Assembly: GCA_039096225.1 (NCBI GenBank)
Contig: JBBPEB010000028.1
Span: 186,001 to 250,000, forward strand
Reading direction: 5' to 3'
DNA length: 64,000 bases
From: Blastocystis sp. Blastoise
Taxonomy: Eukaryota > Protista > Bigyra: Opalinata
The notes under the pieces are model-generated. The model did no database searches and was not told the origin of the DNA. It saw only the letters and a list, made by a program, of their open reading frames with translations. Positions 55,849-64,000 of the stretch are shown piece after piece. How positions within the stretch are numbered: position 1 is the first letter of the stretch; each line of letters starts with the position of its first letter. A program made the translations under genes and the position numbers.

Positions 55849-56965
55849 TTTATGATAATAATAATTCATAGTTTTTTTTTATTGTCTCCTAAATTCCCAC
55901 GGGAATTATATGGATCTATTTTGGCGAATATTATACACAGTCCTTTGTCTCTCGCTCGCTTTTATGGCGAAATACTGTTCCAGGCCTGGAGTGAAGCTGA
56001 TATGATGTATTTATATACTTTATTTATTCTATATATACTATTATATCTATATATATATTATTATAATTGTTATTCTTTATTATAGTCAACGAAAAGTACT
56101 TGAAACGGATATTCTACAGAATGTTCTAGCACGTGCTGTTCATGCCAGTACACCTACTTTGTTTCGTCCTCTTTCTGAGATACTTAACGCATTTAACCGC
56201 AATAAACTGGACTCTAATGTTGAATCCATGCTCTTTGATATGTATATATTCTATATATATCTATTCTATATATATTATATATGTATACTATAGTTATGAT
56301 CCTATTATTTGGCGGGCTTTAAATGCCGCGAATGCATCTGTTCGTAAAAATGCATTTATTATTTTAATTAATGTTTTCCCGCTTCAGAATGGCGGGGAAC
56401 ACAAAGAAGACACAAATATTATTCAAAAACAATTTGATATTCTCTTTGTATATATATATTTATGTTATTATAATTATATTATTTTATTGTTATTATATAT
56501 TTATATAATACATATATAGAAATTCCTAACGGATAATACTATAGCAGTTCGTGTCGCAGCAATAGAAGGAGTGTGTAAAATATTATGTATATATATATAC
56601 TATATACTATATATATATACTATATACTATATATATATATATATATATAGATCTATATTGGGAGTTGGTGCCTATATCTGTGTCGAAAACTATTCTTAAA
56701 TATATACTCTCTCAATCTATATATGATGTAGCTTCTAATTCAATCAGAATCGCGGTTATTCAAGTATTTATAGTGTTATTTAATAGGATATATCATAATA
56801 TATATATTAATATATATACAAATTCAATATATAGGGTATTGTATATTTATTAGATAATCCTCTTTCATTCTCTGAAGTAAAATCATATCTCCCGCGGTTA
56901 TGCTTGTTTATTTGTGATAAAAATGAACGAGTAAGATTTGAAACTGTTAAATTATTACTGAAAGT

Positions 56966-56999
<34 letters not shown>

Positions 57000-57447
57000 T
57001 TAGGTTAGTCAGATTCGTTCTCTCTCTTTATTTTCGTTGATTCCCGTGGATATTTTGCTCTCTCAGATATATATAGATCGTTCTGTGTCTCGTCTCTTAT
57101 CGTTATATACACAATTAATTCTACCTATATTCTGGCCAAGGGTATATATATATATATATAATGGTTTTATCAAGAATAATAGATAGAATGATTATTTTAC
57201 AAACATAATCGATATTATAAATATATTATAAATGATAAAATTCTGATAATTATATATATATATATATATATATAGAATGAGCCGGGTAGAGTACAAATAT
57301 TATATATATTAAACTTTATGTATTTAAACAAGGATACTGCGGGAATAATCTTGAGAGAGGCTTGTAAAACAGTTGGTCCCGCGGGAGTTAGTAAATTAGT
57401 TGTTTTATTATTACGTAGTTTAATATTATGTATTCACGAAAAGGAAG

Positions 57448-57502
<55 letters not shown>

Positions 57503-58001
57503 TATATAGTTAGTATTTCCTCCACTTCAAAATCAAGAATCTTCAGAATGTATATATTTATATATATAACTATATAATTATATATGTAGCTAAACAATCA
57601 ACAAAGAAGCGTTCTATAAGTCAATTGGATGAACAAAAAGATAATACTGAGGATCAATCTGGTGCAGCCAATGGAATATCTCGAAATGAGTTTCCTGCCA
57701 ATGAGCTTTGGTTTCAGGGTAATATCTTAGAGATTATTGGTTTATTGATGAAAGAAATGATGAGATTATTTACTGTCGCTAAAGACCAAGAAGTAAAAGA
57801 TCCAGATAACCGTGGGAATGATGAAAATGATGAAGATATAGATAGTGAAGATGAATTGATTACTTTGAAAACAAAAGAATTCACAAAGAATAAAAAATCG
57901 CGGGGATATAAGAATACAACTAAATATACAGAAAATAGTATTGAGGGCGATATTGAGAAAACGAGATCCTATCTCTTACAGGAATTCAATGTATATATAT
58001 A

Positions 58002-58051
<50 letters not shown>

Positions 58052-60518
58052 TTTTTAATAGATAATAATTATATTATTATATTATTACCTTTTTCTATTC
58101 CTACTGTTTCTTCTCTAGAATGACAGTCTGATGACACTCTACACACAATTCCACAATACCGATTCTCTTCAGTATATATATGATATCATCTCCTTCTTCT
58201 CTCCAACCCAACTGCAACAACAATGTGAAGTATATATATATATATATATATAGATTATCACATAGAGTATATTATATATTTATACTATTATTTATATATA
58301 TATAATAGAATTATAATATAGAATACATGAATAGTAACTCATTTCATATATATCTTATATATATATATATTATATATATAGACCTTCTACACAAGTATTT
58401 TATCGGTATCAATTACAAATAATTGGAATTTTGATAGTATATCAGCATATATATATACTATTTTCTCCTGGAATCTTCAAAATGACTTTATTCAGTCTAT
58501 TCTGAAAGTGACTGAAGAGTATTTTAAGAACCCTTCGTTATGTATACATAAATATGAAGATGAAGAAGAGAAAGAGAAAGAGAAAGAAGAGAAGAAAAAG
58601 GAAAAGAAGAAGTCTAAAGGAAAAAAAGGGAAGGGAAAGAAAAATGCAGTTATAGAAGAACATCCTGTGATTGACCAAACAACTGATTCCCACGGTTCTG
58701 ACGAGGAAATTGATATATATTTAGCTGTTAGTATTCTTGAAGTTGTTATTCGTTTATATATTCAATGGTATATATATATAAGTATGATTACTATACATAT
58801 ATATAGTGATATTTCATTGGATAGTACGGTAACTACGTTAATTCACCGTACATTCACACCTCTTCTTCCTATTCTTAATACTTTATTCCAAGATATAATC
58901 GTGAATAAACAGTTTGATTGGCAGATTATTGAAGTATATTCACGGTTATTTATACTTTACTGTAAATTGGAAATATATGAAATTGCAAGCAAAAGAGATA
59001 AACAATCAGATTCATTTGAGTATATGTCAACTAGTCTAGCCTTAACGGACCTCACATCTACTATTCAATCTCTATGTGATAATCAAGATAATATCACTAA
59101 TTACTGTATATATATTTATATAGAATTATTGTGTATATACTAACATTATTTATAATATATTTTAATATAATATAACATATATATAGCCCTTCGATTCTTG
59201 TATACTCTGTCTTCTATTCAATTATCATTATTATATACATCAATTTCTATCTATCAATATGATGAACAAGTTGTCCATAATACCTTTATATATATGACAT
59301 CTCTCTCTACCTGCCCTCAACTCTACCAAACCCCCGCGGGAGAACCTGCTGATTCTCCAGAATATTCTTTCTTTATTACTCATAATCTTCCTCTATTTAA
59401 TAAACTCATCTATCTATTATATAATACACTCAAATCATTGCCTATTGTTGTATATATATATTATTATTAATATTATACTTATTATACTTATACTTATTAT
59501 TATCTCTTTTTATTATTATTATTATTAATATATATATATATATAGACGATTGACTCCTACTTATCCTATATATATGTTATACTATCTTCATATCCCGCGG
59601 TTTTCCTTCATGTTTTAAGTACAATTCGTTCTATTATTCGAATAGAATGTATTCAAAATAAAAATGATGCTCTTTGCTTATATTTACTAAGTCAAATTGA
59701 AACAGAAGTCAATAATAAAAAAGAAGGTATATTATTATATTTATTATACTATTATTAACTAAGTTATTATAATAATAATAATTATTATTATTATATATAA
59801 TACACATATATATTATTTATATACCTATTAATATACAGAGCTTTCTGTATTAAATATTAATAACGATCTTTCTACTTTCAGCTTCTCTACGTTATCTGCT
59901 GAATTCTTCTTAATTTGTTCATCTTCAATTCCTTTATTTCAATATGTATATATATATATTTAATATATTGAATATATTAATTTATATACTATTATTTATA
60001 TACTATTATTTATATTATATATATTCTTAGAGTTATCATTTCTTTTTAAATAAAATGAATTCATTATCGGTTTCTCCTTCTTCTTATCATCAATATAAAG
60101 CTTATTTATATATATTATATATATTATACAAAGCAAATAATAGACGTATAACAATAAAACAAGTTCCTCAATTAGTTAAAGAACTCGATGAATTTGAAAT
60201 AAAATGTATAATTATTTATTATTATTATTATTATTATTAATATATTATTATTATTATTATTATTATTAATATATATATTTATTAACATATATATTATTAT
60301 TAACATATATATTATTATTCTTAATATATATATTATTCTATATAGTTCATAGTCAAGTTATGAGTAATCAAGAATTAAATGATGATAAGAATTCGAAAGA
60401 ACTCTATTTAGAAACATATAAAGCATTAGTCATTCTAATTGGATTCTTTAAAGAAACAAAACAAAAAGATAAAATAGACACACCCTCAGAAAAGAAATCA
60501 GAAGAACATGAAGAATAA
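54788..60518 (+). CDS. NCAPG2: Condensin II complex subunit G2, about 20 exons
   Basis: LLLKAIFSPPFLISKEGR, YGEILFQAW, YDPIIWRALNAANASVRKNA..LINVFPL, QKQFD, AVRVAAIEGVCKIL, YWELVP, LDNPLS, DKNERVR. Confidence 0.9.
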
Positions 60519-60738
60519 TCAAATGAATCAATATTTTTTTATATATATGTTTCTTGTTTTGAATAATCATAAATATATTTATCATTTATTCTCCACTCTA
60601 TATAATATACCATACTACTAATATTTTATATGCATACTTAATTTTTTTTTTCTTTTTTCCTTTTTTTAAATGTTTATATATTCGTAAATAAAGTAGCATA
60701 TATCATTTTATAATTGTCGTATTAGTTCTCATTATATA

Positions 60739-61087
60739 TTAGGACGTTGTAGTCCATTCTACTCGACATAAAGGACAACGTGATTCTTTTATTAACCATT
60801 TCTCCATACAATGCTTGTGAAATGAATGTCTACATTTTCCAGTAATTGGAGGACACGAATCTCCAGGAACTTTACAAGTTGGACAACAGGATTCGAATGG
60901 ATTCTGACAAATACCACAGCAATCATCATTTACATCCCATTCCCATTTTCCTACTGCATGAATTCTACAAGAATTATATATTATATTGTATAATTTGCTA
61001 CAAAACAAAAACTTACTCTATAGATGATAATAAATATAATTATAGGATTCATAAAAAAAGTAATATACTCTTAATAGTGACTTTCAT
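60739..61087 (-). CDS. APC11: Anaphase-promoting complex subunit 11 (RING-H2); exons 61087-61069, 61017 (1 nt) and 60964-60739
   Basis: MKVTIKKIHAVGKWEWDVNDDCCGICQNPFESCCPTCKVPGDSCP..GKCRHSFHKHCMEKWL...CPLCRVEW. Confidence 0.95.
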
Positions 61088-61516
61088 AACAAAAGAATAT
61101 ATTTTTAAACAAACAATTAAAAAAGCATTTTCAGTATAAGGCTGAAAAATTATTTCTATTCGTTACCCAAAAAAACCATGATTATCTTACAGAAATTAAA
61201 AAGAATGAAAAAAGAATAAGATCACTAAATAGTTCATCCAGTTATTTATTTGTATTCTTCGAGATTCTAACTATATAATTGGTAATTGATTTTGTTCATC
61301 CAATTATCTCGATAAAACCCACGACGTATGGAATTCCTTGTATAACGTGACTTGTTAGAAATAAGACGAAACTCCTATATAACCCATTCGTGATTATATA
61401 CTTTTATTTAAGAAAAGAGATTTTTCTTATTAATAATTCTGAACAAAAAACTTCAGAATCTTATCCTTTTGTTTTTTGCAGACAAAAGTTAACTTAATAA
61501 AATATAAATATAAATT

Positions 61517-63549
61517 ATGGGTCAACTAGAAAGTATAGAAATTGATGGTATTGGTGAACTTGAAACAAGAACTACTTTAAAAGGTGATTTAACATTAAGA
61601 GGAATTGCAGAATGTATCAAACGTGGTGAAGCTAAGAATATTGTTGTTATGTGTGGTGCTGGTATTTCAGTTTCTGCAGGTATACCAGATTTTCGATCAC
61701 CTGGAACTGGCTTGTATTATAATTTGAAGAAGTATCATCTTCCAGAGCCGGAGTGTATGTTTGATTTGAATTATTTTAAAGAAAAACCTGAAGCATTCTA
61801 TCGTTTTGTACTAGTATGTTATTTATTAATACTTTATTAGTTTATAGTTGATGTATTATATTCTATTTTATATTTGTATTCACTGTTTTATTAGTTTTTT
61901 TTTTCTTGTGATTCAAATAATTTTTGTTCTTTTGAGTTTTATATATATTTTTATTCTTTAGGAAATGTATCCAGATCAATATCTACCTACAATTACTCAT
62001 TATTTTATAAAATTATTATACAAAAAGAATTTATTGCTTCGTTGCTATACTCAGAATATTGATGATTTAGAGAGAAATGTTGATATTCCTGACAATCGTC
62101 TTGTTCAGTCCCACGGTTCTTTCTCTACTGCTTCTTGTATTAAATGTGGACGTCGTTATAAAACAGAAGTAGTGAAAAAAGCTGTTTTAAAAAGTATATA
62201 TATATATATATTTTGCATGTTTTATTTTTTATTATAATTATGATTAGTAATGTATATTTATTATATATCATTTTTATGTGTTTTTATCATTATTAATAGT
62301 TTTATTTTTTTTTTGATGTTTTATCATTAATAATAGTTTTATTTTTATATGTTTAATCATTAATTATTGTTTTTATTTATATATTTTATCAATGATAATA
62401 GTTTCATTTTGATTACATAATATCATTATACTATTAATTATATATATATAATAGATGAGATCCCTCATTGTAAGGAGAAGACTTGTCGTGGGTATATAAA
62501 GCCAGATATCGTATTCTTTGGGGAACCCCTACCTTTAAAGTTTAATATGTTAAATAAAGCAGATATGTTAGCGGCTGACTTACTGATTGTGATGGGAACA
62601 TCGCTACAAGTACAACCTTTCTGTGGTATATATATATATAATGTATAGTATACTTATTAAGATTATTATTAATAACAGTATTTTCAATAGTTGATTAGCT
62701 TATTACACTAGTCTATATTATATGTTAATAGAATCTTTTTTATTTATTTATTATCATGAATCATTCTATTGTATTATCTCTATATGTTTATATTATTTAT
62801 ATATCCATTATATATCACTTATATATTTATTATATATCACTTATATATTTATTATATATCATTTATATATTTATTATATATCATTTATATATATCTCTAT
62901 AGGTTTAGTAAATAAAGTGAAAGAAGATTGTCCTCGTCTTCTAATAAATAGAGAGCCTGTGGGTCCATTTCGTTTCTATACTATGGATTGTTGTTATAGA
63001 GATGTTGTGTATTTAGGGGATTGTGATAGTGGTGTACGTGCATTATGTAAAGAATTAGGTTGGCTTGACGAATTAGAGGACATGTTTACCAAGGGAAATA
63101 CTAAATTAGAAAAAATAAGACAGAAATATATTGCTTCTAAATTATTAGCAACTGCTAAGATAGATGAACATTTCCAGAATATAAATAATACTATAGAAAA
63201 AGATGAAGAAGGAAATGAGATTGTTAAAGAGCTGATGAAAGAGAAAGAGAAGGAAATAGAAACAAAGAAAGAAATGAAGAATAATGTTGAAAGTGAAATT
63301 GTGATATTACATAAAGATACAAAAGATATAAATACAACTTTACCCTTAGTAAAGTCAGAAGTACCTCTACCATCAATAGAGTCTAAACAAGATAGTTATA
63401 TACGTATGCGAAATTCTTCAGCGTCTTCTGTGAGTTCGGATATGCTATTATCAACAGATGATGATGATTTTACTTCTGATTATAATAGTATGAGACATCT
63501 TAATGGAAATATATCTCCTATTGGTAAAATACATACTATTAATATATAA
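61517..63549 (+). CDS. NAD-dependent deacetylase, class I sirtuin (SIRT2/Hst2-like), 4 exons
   Basis: GAGISVSAGIPDFRSPGTGLY, LLRCYTQNID, QSHGSF, KPDIVFFGEPLP, VMGTSLQVQPF, PRLLINRE, GDCDSGV. Confidence 0.95.
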
Positions 63550-63844
63550 TCTATAGTCTATATTCTTTATTTTTGTAAGATTTATATTATATTATATTAT
63601 ATTATATATTTTTGAAAATAATATATAAAAGAACAAAAAAATTACTCTCTAGTTAGTATTTATTATCAATATTTATTTTGTTTCTCTCTTTTTCTTTTTC
63701 TTTTTTTAATTTACATTTTTTTTTTAGTTTCTCTCTTATTCAATATATTGTATAGTATACTTTTTTCGTAGTAATTCTTACTTTTCTTTTATTTATTAAC
63801 TATCTTTTTGTTTCTTTTAAATTTTTATAAATATATATACTTTT

Positions 63845-63882
<38 letters not shown>

Positions 63883-64000
63883 ATCTCTAATTGGAAATAA
63901 TATTAAGAATATATCTTTCTAACATTCATTATAATCATTTCCTTATCATTCTTCTAACTTACATTGTTTTCTATGTATATATCCATTTATTGCTATTCTA

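Overview
Very AT-rich, intron-dense eukaryotic genomic DNA. The gene set (secreted legumain, organellar [2Fe-2S] ferredoxin, BTB-TLDc protein) and compact layout suggest an anaerobic stramenopile of the Blastocystis/Opalinata type, but that assignment is inference only. About 22 recognisable genes, nearly all multi-exon, were reconstructed by hand: COG8, dynein light intermediate chain, BTB-TLDc, DNAJC17-like, farnesyltransferase beta, FANCL, SRRT/Ars2, SPCS2, legumain, ferredoxin, LMBR1/LIMR, UNC-93-like, SEC63, CDIN1, CaMKK/GRIK-like kinase, GT49/LARGE-like, BET1, guanylate kinase, CDK7-like, NCAPG2, APC11 and SIRT2-like. There is also an intron-containing tRNA-Tyr. The main unusual signals are: (1) at least seven minor-spliceosome (U12-type) introns, all with ATATCCT donors and a CCTTAAT-type branch site 7-8 nt from the 3' end, ending in AC, AA or AT, three of them in one kinase gene; (2) a single-nucleotide exon in APC11; (3) 15 copies of the palindrome CCGCGG in about 20% GC DNA, almost all in exons and in different reading frames; (4) an unidentified, strongly base-paired candidate ncRNA at about 33.8-34.1 kb; (5) a tandem array of U12 donor motifs inside an SRRT intron. 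Most ORFs in the supplied track are intron microsatellite artefacts. All gene models were spliced manually, with no database search.
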